The position numbers were made by a program, and so were the translations under genes. A stretch of DNA of 64,000 bases from Chloroflexota bacterium. GTDB taxonomy: Bacteria; Chloroflexota; Anaerolineae; Promineifilales; Promineifilaceae. Shown piece by piece: positions 63,604 to 64,000 of this stretch (the stretch's first letter is position 1; each line of letters starts with the position of its first letter). The notes under the pieces were generated by a model. That model had not been told where the DNA came from. It was given only the letters and a program-made list of their open reading frames with translations, and did no database searches. The DNA is taken from assembly GCA_039199965.1 (NCBI GenBank), contig JBCCSO010000001.1, positions 2,191 to 66,190 of the forward strand, in the 5' to 3' direction.

Positions 63604-64000
63604 CTAGTCAGCCGCAACCGCAGCACCTTTGATAGCGTTGTGAATGGCCAGTGGGGTATGTGGAATTTCCACATGGCGCACACCCATTGGGGCCAAAGCA
63701 TCCATGACCGCATTCGCCACGGTTGGGGTACCCGCAATCGTACCCATCTCACCAGCACCTTTGACACCCAGCGGGTTTGACGGCGATGGAATCTCAATTC
63801 GACCGAGATCAGACATAGGTAGATTGTCTGCACGGGGCATGGCGTAGTCTAAGAACGAACCGGTTAGCAACTGGCCGTTTTCATCATACTGACCGTGCTC
63901 AAGTAGCGCTTGACCAACACCTTGGGCAATACCACCCTGCAGCTGACCTTCTACAATCATCGGGTTAATCACATTGCCGACATCGTCTACGGCCGCGTAC
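63604..64000 (-). CDS. C-terminal part of a molybdopterin-binding large subunit (xanthine dehydrogenase/CODH family); continues beyond the right edge
   Basis: The translation ...INPMIVEGQLQGGIAQGVGQALLE...PLGVKGAGEMGTIAGTPTVANAV parallels the coxL C-terminus in this window (NPLVVEGQVHGG...GAKGVGESPTVGAPPAIANAV). The active-site loop lies outside the window, so the form cannot be assigned. Confidence 0.75.
   Translation of the reverse strand, partial: YAAVDDVGNVINPMIVEGQLQGGIAQGVGQALLEHGQYDENGQLLTGSFLDYAMPRADNLPMSDLGRIEIPSPSNPLGVKGAGEMGTIAGTPTVANAVMDALAPMGVRHVEIPHTPLAIHNAIKGAAVAAD

Overview
This is a 64-kb chromosomal segment of moderate G+C (mid-40s % estimated by eye, not computed). I cannot assign a taxon. 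The gene content, Tat-type lipoproteins and long acidic linkers look Chloroflexota-like, but that is unverified. I support about 52 protein genes, one tRNA-Arg(CCG) and about a dozen intrinsic terminators. I see no rRNA, CRISPR array, transposase, integrase or phage genes, so this looks like core chromosome rather than a mobile island.

Main modules:
- A complete form-I aerobic CO-dehydrogenase cluster in the unusual order coxD-coxE-coxG-coxM-coxS-coxL, followed by an XdhC-family maturation protein fused to a YHS metal-binding domain.
- A second xanthine-dehydrogenase-family L-M module at the right edge.
- A peptide-type ABC importer with fused double ATPase, two permeases and a binding protein.
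- secD-secF with a translationally coupled lipoprotein.
- Two histidine kinases and one NarL-type response regulator.
- An ECF-like sigma/anti-sigma pair.
- TelA, glyA, an AcoD-type aldehyde dehydrogenase with DUF779, and several secreted peptidases and glycosidase-like proteins.

Most notable observations:
1. The palindrome CGGCCG occurs about 128 times by manual count, against roughly 8-10 expected. It falls in all codon phases, is absent from long intergenic regions, and is strongly depleted over 23.1-29.9 kb. This resembles cyanobacterial HIP1 but with a different core.
2. Two ORFs called separately (16763..17008 and 17069..17386) share one frame. They are joined by a single UGA exactly at the second Cys of the AhpD/CMD CxxC motif, with a hairpin 18 nt downstream. 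I read this as a selenocysteine-containing AhpD-like peroxidase-related protein.
3. An approximately 85-nt element, about 70% identical between copies, sits upstream of the SPFH gene and upstream of the GAF-kinase operon. Both copies carry a GAAA-N16-CGTT (ECF-promoter-like) motif.
4. A 1.2-kb gene-free, AT-rich gap holds a 146-nt two-tier hairpin and two perfect 11-bp inverted repeats.
5. Perfect tandem duplications lie immediately upstream of the coxS and DUF779 start codons.

Nothing here can be declared a new defence or conflict system from sequence alone.
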